Below, one piece after another: positions 9,205-18,886 of a stretch of 39,305 bases of DNA. Source of the DNA: Vampirovibrionia bacterium (GTDB lineage Bacteria > Cyanobacteriota > Vampirovibrionia > LMEP-6097); NCBI GenBank assembly GCA_049314535.1, contig JBMOEX010000003.1, forward strand, positions 1 to 39,305, in the 5' to 3' direction. Both the position numbers and the translations under genes were made by a program. The notes beneath the pieces are model-generated. The model did no database searches. It saw only the letters and a program-made list of their open reading frames with translations, and had not been told where the DNA came from. Within the stretch, counting starts at the first letter, position 1, and the number at the start of each line of letters is the position of its first letter.

Positions 9205-12200
9205 CTAAAGAGTAAGTAGCTGAGGATCTTGCATAATTCTCTCAACAACGTAAGGACTCTTTGACAGTGCAAATAAAAAGCGCCACAATTTATTACTCAC
9301 TGGGAAATTTTCAGCTTGATCAAGATTATTTAATAAAATCAAAGCAACTTCTTTTAGGCTTTGCCCAGCAGACTTTTCCAATATTTTACTTACCGTTTCA
9401 TCGCCTAGCATTTTGACCAAGTTACCTAATTCACCATCTAAATTTGCAGTTTCCAATTTCTGCTTCAATTGTGAAATTTTCCGCAAAGCTGGCTGAACTA
9501 CCAATGGGTTAATATCCATAGTTTTAGCAATAGTAAATTGTTGTACCGCAGAGGCTTGAACAAATTTACTTAATAATGTCAAAGAAATATTTTCATTCTG
9601 CATTAGATCATCTATACTCGCGAACTTAGATACAGAAGCCAATAATTTAAGATCTTGTGACGTTATCGAATTAATAATTTTCCAAAATGATTTATCTTGT
9701 AATAAAGCTTTAAGCTCTGGTGGCAAACTCTGATTCATTTCTTGAGCTAAACCTAAGTCTATAAGAGTGATTTCATAATTACCTTTATCGTCTTTATTAA
9801 TGAAGATATTACCGTCGTGAGGATCTACGTGAATAAATTTATCAGCAGAATAACTGAAAAATTTAGAAATTTCTTCCTCAAGAAAAGCCACTTCTCGCTC
9901 CGCCTCATCACGACTAGCAGCCCGCCCAACAGCTTCTTTAATATTTTTAAAAGAATCCCCAGGAGCACGAGTTTCTGCGATAATGACAGAGTTCGAGTAT
10001 TTACTGCGAACTGAAGATACCGCAAATCTAACATTAGCAGCTGATCTGGATGCATTATATTCCTTAATGACTAAACTATTCATCTTAAGCATGTTTCCAG
10101 CTTCTATTTCTAAATCTGTCTCTTCTTTTATATCTGCAAAAATTCTTTCTGCGTACTTCGGAATATTTCTGATGCCGAATTCTTTTTCCAAAACTGGGGA
10201 AAGTGCTTCTATTAGATAATTAAAATCGTCTATCTCTGTATCTAAAGACTTATCAGCTCTCATCCTTCTTACTTTTAACACCATCTCATCTTCATTTATT
10301 TCAGTAAGATAGACACATTTAATACTCGCTGAACCACGTAGGTCTAACACCTTAATACTCTGAGCTTTCAACTCAGGACTAGTATCAATAGCCTGCATAA
10401 ACTCATCTAAAGGAATAGGAGCATTAGAATCTTTTAAATCAGATAATTTATCATATAAAACAGGAAACCTTGTTTTTATCTCCATTTGAGAAGATAATAT
10501 CTGAGCAAATTTAACTCCCACAGTACCATAAGCAGAAAGTAAAGTTTGAACCAGATCTTCAAATTCTAAGGTAGGAGTTTTCACAAGTTTATCTACCATT
10601 CTATTCATGATTTCGAGCTTCTTTACTTCATTTTGAGAATCAAAAACTTTATACAGTGCTTCTTTTACGACAACTTTAAGACTATTTCTATCAAGAACCT
10701 GTTTAGAAGTAGCTAATTCTGGTGTTAAAGAATCAGCAAATAAATCATCTAAAAGAGTGTTAAGCTCTTCTTTATTATTAAAGAAACCTTGTGCGCCAAC
10801 GCAAACCTCCTGAATAACAGCGTCTCTTAATGGCTTTATCTCTTTAAATAATTCTTTTATTTGATCTGGCTTAATAGAGAATTTAAGAAAATATTTTTTC
10901 CACTTGTCATCAAGTTCTGCACGAGAGCCAACTAACCACATCAGAGTGTCACGTATCCTGCCTAAGTCACCGTTTTCACTATCAATTAAAAAACTTAAAG
11001 CTGCTCCAGCTCCATGATGTGCAGAACGATCTTGCTTAAAAGCTTCAAACGAATTCTTTAAAAATAGATCTTCATGTTTTTTGTAATCCTCTATAAAAAA
11101 ACCAGTTGAGAGGAAAGCTTTTTCTAAGCGCAAATCCCTCTCTTGGCTGGGTTCTTTAAGGACATCTGTAATTATTTTAACTTTATCTTCCAAACTTAAA
11201 ACTCTAGGTAAATTAGCATCTAAATACATTTCCTTTAACTTAATCGCTTTAAATTCTGAATCATAAGAATTAATAATCTTTAACTGAGTCTCAGAGTCAA
11301 GTTCTTTAAATTCTTTATTCTGACTAAAAATCTTATTTAACACTACATCTCGATACTGACTGGGCTCACTCCAATTCTCTTCAAACCAATTAACTATTTC
11401 CGATAGAGACTTCTGCTTAAACTCATCTATATTTTTATTAAAGTACAGATAATAAGGATAATCTCTGTTTTGAATACTATTAGAAAATTTAACACGACCA
11501 AGTATTTTTTCAATTTCCGGAAATTTAAGCCCTGGAGTTTCCAGTATATCTGAGAGATTATTGGATTTTGATAAATCTATCTCTCTGCCTGAAGCCAAAA
11601 AATCTTTAAATCTTAAAAGACTGTTTTCATCAAAATTTTGAATATTTTGTTGCTTTAAATATACCTCAAATAAAGGTATCTCTAATTCACTAGGAACAAT
11701 ACTTAGCAAAAATTTAAAAGATTTATCATCATCCATAAAACTTCTTAATTTCGGTTCAACTGCATTTAAAAAAATTTCCCCGACTTCAGATGGTGACAAT
11801 GTCTCTCCATCCAAATTCATAAGCAGCGTTTGATCTTTTTGAAAAATATTACTGTTTGTAAAGGTGTTATAAGCCGCTGTCACTGAACTATAGATAGAAC
11901 ATAACGAAGATTCTTGAAGCCGTAGACCAGTTCCTTTTATAAGCCTATCTACTCCGAGTCCATCTAACTGCAGCTCAGGGCTAATGACTTGTTGAAAATA
12001 CATGTAAGTTAATAAATCTGAAGAATGATTATGCTTTTTAATTTCCCGTACAAGATTAGCAATCCCCTCTTCATTACTCGAATTAATATAAGCAAATAAA
12101 TTATTTAAAACTGAATCAGTATAAACAGGTTTGTTTATATTATCAAATAACGAAAGATTAGGTAAACTTGCCCCTATAGTTATATCAGATTCAACTAACA

Positions 12201-14124
12201 CTAATCCAGATTGACTTAAGGAATTATAATAAATACGACCTAAGCTGACATCTTTGTGTACATACTCGAATGGGACATGGATGAAATTGCTATTGCTATG
12301 ATCCACGACTCCTTTTGCATCTTGCATATCAAGCGTGTGACTTTCTAGGAGAATTAATAAACACTGGATTTTATCAGAATCTTCAGTTAAAAAAAGAGAA
12401 TCTAAAAGATCTTGCTTCGAGAATTTACTCGCAAATTCTGAATTAGCCAATCCACCAATTGAGTCCAATAAAGTCCCTGGATTCATTTTACAATCACTAA
12501 GAAAATAATTTCTCACAAGAGAAGATTCTCCTGCAAGAAAATTCAGACTAGTAATTTCCATATATTGAAAAATATTATTAATTAAATCAGGCTTATGTCG
12601 ATTAAGATCCAAGTATTTTTCAAATTCTGTAACAAAACCATCATTATTTTCAAATCTCAAAGAGAACTGACTAATCCGCATATCTAATTTATGAAAAATT
12701 TCTAAAACTTCATTAATTTCAGAATTTTTTATAGTGTATGGATTCTGCAGTAATGAACCTTCTCGACCATTAATCAATTCGTAAAGTTGAATAATTATTT
12801 CTTTTCTGATTATCGGATAATTACTCATTTTATATGGTATTAATTGTAAGTCAAGCTCCTGAAAATTAATTTCACTAGCGAGTTTAATCAGGGCATCTAA
12901 GGATAATTTCTGGGTCTCTGGATATGAAGGTTTCTCAAGCTGATTATCAGCTGCATATTTTGATACTTCCTCCAATGCTCCTTCATCCCAAAAATCCCGA
13001 ATCGTAGCCATTTTACATATTTCTAAAAAAGAATCAAAACCAGATATACTTTTATCTAAATCGCTTAAAGTTTCGTCTGTAAGAATTCTAGTTTTTTCCA
13101 ATAAATCAGAATAAAAGGTCTCTTTGTCCCCTTCACCATTATAATATGTTGGTATTTCTTCTAGCTGGGCTAATTTCTCTGATATAACTCGCGCTGCCAC
13201 TATGTAAGCTTCTTCTAGAGTTCTAGGAGCTCTTCTTTCAAGCTCATCAATATCATACTTAGCTTCTATAGCAATTTCTTTAGAAACCTCTGGTGCTAGG
13301 AGTTTATTACTAAGAGGAGATATATATTCTCCAGATTGACGTGAATATATTTGATTATATGTTTGCAATAGAAATAAATCTCTATCAGAGCCATGTGGAT
13401 GTGAATCTAAGAAAGGAATAGGTTTTAGATCACCAGCATCTCCAAATAAAGTACCAAAAATACCTAAAACTGCTTGAATATCATAACCCGCTTTATGCAT
13501 CAATTTCATAGCTGTTTGATCAGCAAAATCTTCCTCCCAAGTATTATTCTTATTTAAAACATTATCCTGAAGCTCAGCTTTTCTCTGTGCCGCACAAGCA
13601 TGCCCCATTTCATGTGAAATTAGAAACGCTATAACATCATGAACTTTATTAGTTGAAGTATATGCCTCTTCAACCCTTGCTAATAATCCAGTAGCGCTGT
13701 AAAGGCTATTTATTCCTTTTTCATAAAATGCATTAACCAGCTTTGTATCCAAGATATCAATACTGAAATGACCATCTTGGGTGATAGCTTCTTGAAGTAT
13801 TTTATTATCAGCATTTTGCGTTAATATCTCGCTCAAAACAGCTTTAACTAACTTAACTAAAGCAGGTCTTGCTTCATCAGTAATTATTATCCCCTCTAAA
13901 TTTTTACGAAAATCAGTACTTTTAAAATTATCTGACACGGGAGCAGCAGAAGCTACTTGAGTTAAAGGCTGTAACAAAGCCGCTCCAAAAAGAGCTGCTT
14001 GAGTTATAGAACCATTATTAGGATGACTAGCTGGAGAAACATTGTGTATTAGAATTGCATTATTTGCGGGCTTTAGAATATTTCCTTGGCTCTGTGTATA
14101 AACCTTCCGCGATATATTAGTCAA
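9205..14124 (-). CDS. Large protein: N-terminal M48 Zn-metallopeptidase domain, long helical linker, C-terminal ABC1/UbiB (AarF) atypical kinase domain
   Basis: M48 motifs: VNAF, ISHEMGH, EEDFAD...AGYD, FLDSHP. ABC1 motifs: GVKFAQILSS, GSASIKCVY, VLKVRR, EETDLEIEAGN, FIHVDPHDGNIF, LIDLGLA. TTG start is uncertain. Confidence 0.75.
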   Translation of the reverse strand: MTNISRKVYTQSQGNILKPANNAILIHNVSPASHPNNGSITQAALFGAALLQPLTQVASAAPVSDNFKSTDFRKNLEGIIITDEARPALVKLVKAVLSEILTQNADNKILQEAITQDGHFSIDILDTKLVNAFYEKGINSLYSATGLLARVEEAYTSTNKVHDVIAFLISHEMGHACAAQRKAELQDNVLNKNNTWEEDFADQTAMKLMHKAGYDIQAVLGIFGTLFGDAGDLKPIPFLDSHPHGSDRDLFLLQTYNQIYSRQSGEYISPLSNKLLAPEVSKEIAIEAKYDIDELERRAPRTLEEAYIVAARVISEKLAQLEEIPTYYNGEGDKETFYSDLLEKTRILTDETLSDLDKSISGFDSFLEICKMATIRDFWDEGALEEVSKYAADNQLEKPSYPETQKLSLDALIKLASEINFQELDLQLIPYKMSNYPIIRKEIIIQLYELINGREGSLLQNPYTIKNSEINEVLEIFHKLDMRISQFSLRFENNDGFVTEFEKYLDLNRHKPDLINNIFQYMEITSLNFLAGESSLVRNYFLSDCKMNPGTLLDSIGGLANSEFASKFSKQDLLDSLFLTEDSDKIQCLLILLESHTLDMQDAKGVVDHSNSNFIHVPFEYVHKDVSLGRIYYNSLSQSGLVLVESDITIGASLPNLSLFDNINKPVYTDSVLNNLFAYINSSNEEGIANLVREIKKHNHSSDLLTYMYFQQVISPELQLDGLGVDRLIKGTGLRLQESSLCSIYSSVTAAYNTFTNSNIFQKDQTLLMNLDGETLSPSEVGEIFLNAVEPKLRSFMDDDKSFKFLLSIVPSELEIPLFEVYLKQQNIQNFDENSLLRFKDFLASGREIDLSKSNNLSDILETPGLKFPEIEKILGRVKFSNSIQNRDYPYYLYFNKNIDEFKQKSLSEIVNWFEENWSEPSQYRDVVLNKIFSQNKEFKELDSETQLKIINSYDSEFKAIKLKEMYLDANLPRVLSLEDKVKIITDVLKEPSQERDLRLEKAFLSTGFFIEDYKKHEDLFLKNSFEAFKQDRSAHHGAGAALSFLIDSENGDLGRIRDTLMWLVGSRAELDDKWKKYFLKFSIKPDQIKELFKEIKPLRDAVIQEVCVGAQGFFNNKEELNTLLDDLFADSLTPELATSKQVLDRNSLKVVVKEALYKVFDSQNEVKKLEIMNRMVDKLVKTPTLEFEDLVQTLLSAYGTVGVKFAQILSSQMEIKTRFPVLYDKLSDLKDSNAPIPLDEFMQAIDTSPELKAQSIKVLDLRGSASIKCVYLTEINEDEMVLKVRRMRADKSLDTEIDDFNYLIEALSPVLEKEFGIRNIPKYAERIFADIKEETDLEIEAGNMLKMNSLVIKEYNASRSAANVRFAVSSVRSKYSNSVIIAETRAPGDSFKNIKEAVGRAASRDEAEREVAFLEEEISKFFSYSADKFIHVDPHDGNIFINKDDKGNYEITLIDLGLAQEMNQSLPPELKALLQDKSFWKIINSITSQDLKLLASVSKFASIDDLMQNENISLTLLSKFVQASAVQQFTIAKTMDINPLVVQPALRKISQLKQKLETANLDGELGNLVKMLGDETVSKILEKSAGQSLKEVALILLNNLDQAENFPVSNKLWRFLFALSKSPYVVERIMQDPQLLTL

Positions 14125-14192
14125 GATAAGTTTAAACCCTGACTATACAAAGTTATCTTGACTTGAAAATTTATAAGTAAAAAACTAAAACC

Positions 14193-14504
14193 TTACCACT
14201 TAATCGTCGCAAAAGAATCCATATCAATATTCATACGATTGCGATAAATAAGTAATAACAAAGATAAGCCAATAGCGACTTCAGCAGCAGCAATCGCCAT
14301 AACAAACAAACTGAATGCCTGACCTTTAACCGCTAAAGGATCTAAGAAATGAGCAAAGGCAACAAAGTTTATATTAACGGCATTCAGCATAATCTCAATA
14401 CTCATAAGAACCCTGAAAGCATTTCTAGAAATTAAAAGCCCAAAAAGACCGATAGAAAATAACAGTGCTGAAAACGTAAGATAGTGAACTAATGTAACTG
14501 TCAT
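14193..14504 (-). CDS. ndhE: NADH-quinone oxidoreductase subunit K (NdhE/NuoK)
   Basis: Motifs [23 protein letters not shown] and [10 protein letters not shown] in a 103-aa hydrophobic protein. Confidence 0.95.
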   Translation of the reverse strand: MTVTLVHYLTFSALLFSIGLFGLLISRNAFRVLMSIEIMLNAVNINFVAFAHFLDPLAVKGQAFSLFVMAIAAAEVAIGLSLLLLIYRNRMNIDMDSFATIKW

Positions 14505-14507
14505 AAT

Positions 14508-15071
14508 TTATTTAATATCCTTTTTACTTAAGAGAATAGTACCAATAAGAACTATCAAGAGAAGAACAGAGATTAATTCAAAAGGCAAAATATATTTATT
14601 TAGCATTAAGAAACCAATCTGCGAGAGATACTTATCATCAACAAGCTGAACCAAAGATGACTGCCTTTCTGCACCAGTTAACTTCGCAATAGCCTGCCAA
14701 TCTTGAGAACGAATCACAAAGCTTAAAACCGCAAAAACAAGAGACGATATTAACAGTGCAAATGTAACTCTAGCTTTAGAAGAAAAAACAGATTCTTTAA
14801 TATTATGAGCCTCTTCCTTTAAAGAACAGAGCATAACCGCAAAAACTATTACTAAAACTATACCCACCGCATATATCAAGACTTGTGAAACCGCTACAAA
14901 GTTAGCGTTAAGAAGGAAATAAAGCCCCGCTATCCCGATAAAAGAACCGATTAAAGTAAAGCCAGCCCTCACTAAGTTAGGATTAAGTATCATACCCAAA
15001 GCACAAATTATAGAAATTGTGGCAAGAATATAAAAGGGCAAGGATGAAATAGTAGCTAGAAACTGCATCAA
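14508..15071 (-). CDS. ndhG: NADH-quinone oxidoreductase subunit J (NdhG/NuoJ)
   Basis: Motifs LNANFVAVSQVLIYAVGIVLVIVFAVML and YILPFELISVLLL; lies directly upstream of ndhE. Confidence 0.93.
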   Translation of the reverse strand: MMQFLATISSLPFYILATISIICALGMILNPNLVRAGFTLIGSFIGIAGLYFLLNANFVAVSQVLIYAVGIVLVIVFAVMLCSLKEEAHNIKESVFSSKARVTFALLISSLVFAVLSFVIRSQDWQAIAKLTGAERQSSLVQLVDDKYLSQIGFLMLNKYILPFELISVLLLIVLIGTILLSKKDIK

Positions 15072-15108
15072 ATTACATTCTAGTATAATTGTTTCGACAA
15101 GTAAATTT

Positions 15109-15870
15109 ATGAGCTTGAAAAATTTAACCGAATCAAGAATTATTATTGACGGTCCCAGTGGTAAACCTCAAATCAAAGGTACAAAAGTCAGCGTAGCTGA
15201 GCTTATTCTGCAAATCATTGAGGGGAAAGAGCCTCCAGACATAGTTAGAGCTTACCGCAGCCTGAGACTAGAAGACATCAAAGCTTGCTTAGCTTACTGC
15301 TACTGCATTTCAGACAATATAGCCTTAAAGCTTCAAACCACAGATGGTGCTACAAAAGATATACTGAAAGATCCTGAGCTAGAAAGAGACAATAAAGAGA
15401 AAGCCTTTAATGTATTCTATGAAAATCTAGCAAATCAAGCTTCAGTCCAAGAAGATTTAACCAAGGCTCATATAAGCAGACTGAAAGAAACTAAAAAGCT
15501 TCAAGCAAGTGAAGATGCAAGTAAGATGTCTACACCCAATAAAAGAGCTTATGACCTTATTATAGAACTAGGCATCAAAGAAACGACACGCATATTTACG
15601 GATCTAGATGCAGTGGAACAAAAGCTTGATATGAGCTTTGATAATTATCTATTTCAGATCAGAAAAGATGGTAAAGCTTGGCTTACTTATTCAGTAAAAG
15701 ATAAAGTAGAGATAGATAAACAAATGCGACGCAATCTAAAAGTACGTTTTATAAATTTACAAAATGAAAAAGATGAAGGTATTTATGAAGGGTATCTAAG
15801 TACAGACAGGAAACATAAAATTTTCATAGAACGTAACGAAGACGGCAAAACCTGTGGCAGGGCACTTTAA
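15109..15870 (+). CDS. DUF433 domain protein with uncharacterised C-terminal extension
   Basis: N-terminal GKPQIKGTKVSV...GKEPPDIVRAYRSLRLEDIKACLAY matches the DUF433 pattern. The remaining ~185 aa were not recognised. Confidence 0.75.
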   Translation: MSLKNLTESRIIIDGPSGKPQIKGTKVSVAELILQIIEGKEPPDIVRAYRSLRLEDIKACLAYCYCISDNIALKLQTTDGATKDILKDPELERDNKEKAFNVFYENLANQASVQEDLTKAHISRLKETKKLQASEDASKMSTPNKRAYDLIIELGIKETTRIFTDLDAVEQKLDMSFDNYLFQIRKDGKAWLTYSVKDKVEIDKQMRRNLKVRFINLQNEKDEGIYEGYLSTDRKHKIFIERNEDGKTCGRAL

Positions 15871-17231
15871 TGGCAGATATTAGTGGCACTGGGAATTTCG
15901 ATCCTAAATCAAAAAAAATCTCAGGACCGAAATCTACTGGTAAAAATGATACGAAGCCCTCAGTAAATGAAGCAGAGAATAATCATAGAGACACACATTT
16001 AAAAAAAATTCGCAAGGAAAATCAAGGCCGCTATTTAAATGCAAGTGATGCTCAAAAATTCATTCCCAGAGCCTCACGTGAAAAACACCTAGATGAATTT
16101 TCGGCAGAACCTCTGCAAGAGGATGACGATACTGATTTAATTACACCATTTAAAGCAAAGGAAGAAAAAGAAAAGGCTTTCATTAAAAATCCTCTACTGA
16201 GAAGTAAGCTCGACTTGATGTCCAAATCAGATAAATCACAGATAAATGATCATCACGATCATGGCAAATCAAAACCTCCCAAGCCTTCATTAAAATCCCT
16301 ACTTGCACCGAAAGGAAATATAGAAAGGAAAATGAACTACGAAGAACTCATTAACTTAAACCCTCAATTGAAAAAAGTTTCCAGTGTTCAAATCGATAAT
16401 ATGAAGGAACTAGTTAAAACAATGGAAGGCGAAATGGAGCATATCCAAAAAGAAAAAACTTTAGAAAACAAAGCCACAAAAAAAGAATCAACAAGCCTCC
16501 CTCTTACAGAGCTTTTTGACTTCAATGAATTATTTAAAAACTTCAATTACAACGATTTACAGTATTCACTTACAGCCTTATCCCAAAGCGAGCTTGAGGA
16601 TGAGGTTAAAATACAAATAAAAAATACTCATAATGCCTTAAGTGAAGATAATCCTTTACAAAATTTTCTACTGTTAAATTTCCCATATCCGTTTCCTCTC
16701 TACTTTAAAGAATTAGACAGCGAATTCGAAGATATCCTAGACGAGCTAGAAGAAGAAAATGAAAGACAGGAAAAGAACCAAGATACCTACGATAACGAAA
16801 GCGAAGACGACAATGATGGGGATGAAGAAGATGATGAAGAGTTCATTCCAGATTCTATAGCTGCCCTATGCCTAGAAACCTATAATTTCGGCAAAATACT
16901 TGCATTACTTAAATATTCTAAAGAGCTTAATAAATTTGAATTAAGTTTTAAAGGCGATGTCAACGGCGAAGAACTGGCCATTGCCATCAATTCAAACATA
17001 GAATTCGCCTTGAGTGCAGACACTCGTATAAAAGAAAAACGCTTCAAAACATGGAAAGATAAAGCTTATGGTCATATTCCAATAAATGAAAAGCGGAAAA
17101 TTCAGGCCTTTATTGAAGGGGAAGCTAGTCCCGTCTTTTTAAAAACCTGCAGCACTCTTGTTAACTCTATTTTACGCAGTGATCAAGAAATCAGCGAATC
17201 CGAAAAACACAAAAGCGGTAAAATGTTATAA
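15870..17231 (+). CDS. Hypothetical protein; low-complexity and acidic, with possible FliK-like C-terminal domain
   Basis: 453-aa ORF coupled to the upstream gene (TAATG overlap), with an acidic run (ESEDDNDGDEEDDEE). CLETYNFGKILALLKY weakly recalls the FliK_C core. Confidence 0.6.
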   Translation: MADISGTGNFDPKSKKISGPKSTGKNDTKPSVNEAENNHRDTHLKKIRKENQGRYLNASDAQKFIPRASREKHLDEFSAEPLQEDDDTDLITPFKAKEEKEKAFIKNPLLRSKLDLMSKSDKSQINDHHDHGKSKPPKPSLKSLLAPKGNIERKMNYEELINLNPQLKKVSSVQIDNMKELVKTMEGEMEHIQKEKTLENKATKKESTSLPLTELFDFNELFKNFNYNDLQYSLTALSQSELEDEVKIQIKNTHNALSEDNPLQNFLLLNFPYPFPLYFKELDSEFEDILDELEEENERQEKNQDTYDNESEDDNDGDEEDDEEFIPDSIAALCLETYNFGKILALLKYSKELNKFELSFKGDVNGEELAIAINSNIEFALSADTRIKEKRFKTWKDKAYGHIPINEKRKIQAFIEGEASPVFLKTCSTLVNSILRSDQEISESEKHKSGKML

Positions 17232-17234
17232 ACA

Positions 17235-17753
17235 ATGGAATCAAGCAATTTAGAAAAGAGAATTATCGCAAAAGTCTCTTCAGCACATGGAATCAAAGGT
17301 GAAATAAAAATTTTCCCTTTACTAGACTCTTTTGAGGCATTAGACAACATTGACACTATTACAATCAACGACCAAGATTTTCACGTAGAGAGCTTTAGAC
17401 CAGCGAAACAGTTTATCATAGTAAGACTTAAAGAAATTAAAGATAGAAATAGCGCAGAAGCATTATCTGGTTATGTATTTGCAGAGATCAATAGTGATCT
17501 AGAAGCTGATGAATTCTTTATTCAAGACCTTTTTAAACTTAGAGTATTAAATGAGCAGGGGCAAGAACTTGGCATAATTGAGAATGTCGCTGAAGGTGCA
17601 CAAATGAAAATTTTTGTTAAACTTAACGAAACTTTTCAGAAGCGTAATTCTTTAATAATTCCTTTTGTTCAGCAATTCATTGAGGAAGTCAACACAGAAG
17701 AAGGCTTTATAAAAATTAAAGAAAGTGAATTCCTTCTTAGCTTGAACAGCTAG
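17235..17753 (+). CDS. rimM: 16S rRNA processing protein RimM
   Basis: Motifs IAKVSSAHGIKGEIKI, DRNSAEAL, DEFFIQDL and PRC-barrel LIIPFV. Confidence 0.93.
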   Translation: MESSNLEKRIIAKVSSAHGIKGEIKIFPLLDSFEALDNIDTITINDQDFHVESFRPAKQFIIVRLKEIKDRNSAEALSGYVFAEINSDLEADEFFIQDLFKLRVLNEQGQELGIIENVAEGAQMKIFVKLNETFQKRNSLIIPFVQQFIEEVNTEEGFIKIKESEFLLSLNS

Positions 17754-17788
17754 TCCTAATTCTGCTAACATAGCAATTTGGTACTGCC

Positions 17789-18853
17789 ATGAATATAATT
17801 GAAGGTTTAACTTTTGACGACGTTTTCTTAATCCCAAAATACTCTAATATTGAGCATCGGGCTGAAGTTAGCACTAAAACACAGATACTCCCAAGCTTTA
17901 CGCTTGACGTTCCTTTCGTCTCTGCGAATATGGATACAGTAACTGAGCATAAAATGGCTTTTAGCATGATGGAACATGGCGGTGTTGGTATACTTCATCG
18001 TTATCTCAGTATCGAAAACATGCTTGAGCAGATTGAACTTTACAACGCTGAACTAGCAACTCATAAAGTCAGTCCTAAAGCTCCTTTCATCGTTTCAATC
18101 GGCGCGAATGATTTTGAAAGAGTGAAAGCTGCTTATACAGCAGGTATTAGAAACTTTTGTATAGATGTAGCTCACGGTCATCACCTTCTTGTCGAAAGAT
18201 GTATCCAAAAATTAAAAGAACTTTATTCAGATATCGGAATTATTGCAGGTAATGTCTGCACTTACCAAGGTGCTTATGATTTATTTAAGTGGGGCGCGGA
18301 TTGCGTAAAAGTCGGTGTTGGTCCTGGTTCAGTGTGTACCACTAGAATTAAAACTGGTTCTGGCTATCCTCAACTCTCAGCTATTAAATTAGCTTTTCAA
18401 GCGAAGAAAGACTTTCTACAGATAAATCCTAATAGTCAAAAATTTATAATTGCCGATGGCGGTATTAAATACTACGGTGACTTAACTAAAGCGATAGCAG
18501 CTGGTGGCGATGCCGTGATGATGGGCTCTCTATTTGCTGGCTGCAAACAAACTCCTGGAACTGTTTTCAGAAATGAAAATGAAGAAATGGTAAAAAGCTA
18601 TAGAGGTATGGCCTCTATTCCAGCTCAAAGCGATTTTGGGATAGAAGATTTTAACGAAGAAGGCATTTCACTGACTGTTAAATATAGAGGTAATGTCAAA
18701 CACATCATCGAAAGACTGGTAAAGGGTTTAAGAAGTGGCATGAGCTACAGTGGTGCTAGAGACATTAAGACCTTACAGGAAGTAGCTGAATTCGTAAAAG
18801 TTACTCAAAGTGGTCATATTGAAGGGCAGCCGCATAAGGCCTTTAAAAATTAA
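17789..18853 (+). CDS. IMP dehydrogenase / GMP reductase family protein (no CBS domains)
   Basis: Motifs LTFDDVFLIP, SANMDTVTE, IDVAHGH, KVGVGPGSVCTTR, IADGGI and YRGMAS. The catalytic loop resembles GuaC while the flap resembles GuaB. Confidence 0.88.
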   Translation: MNIIEGLTFDDVFLIPKYSNIEHRAEVSTKTQILPSFTLDVPFVSANMDTVTEHKMAFSMMEHGGVGILHRYLSIENMLEQIELYNAELATHKVSPKAPFIVSIGANDFERVKAAYTAGIRNFCIDVAHGHHLLVERCIQKLKELYSDIGIIAGNVCTYQGAYDLFKWGADCVKVGVGPGSVCTTRIKTGSGYPQLSAIKLAFQAKKDFLQINPNSQKFIIADGGIKYYGDLTKAIAAGGDAVMMGSLFAGCKQTPGTVFRNENEEMVKSYRGMASIPAQSDFGIEDFNEEGISLTVKYRGNVKHIIERLVKGLRSGMSYSGARDIKTLQEVAEFVKVTQSGHIEGQPHKAFKN

Positions 18854-18886
18854 ACAAAGATTGGAGTTGTGTGCGGGGCACGGTCT

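Noticed and set aside
4010-10219. Short ORFs inside metH, the ArnT-like gene and the M48-kinase gene
   Set aside because: They are fully nested in long, motif-supported genes and show no recognisable features. The same applies to the nested ORFs at 17183-17967, 25126-26351, 30052, 34611 and 35913.
18854-18886. Intrinsic terminator between the convergent IMPDH/GMPR-family and epimerase genes
   Set aside because: Only a weak GTGC-GGG-GCAC stem with no adjacent U-tract.
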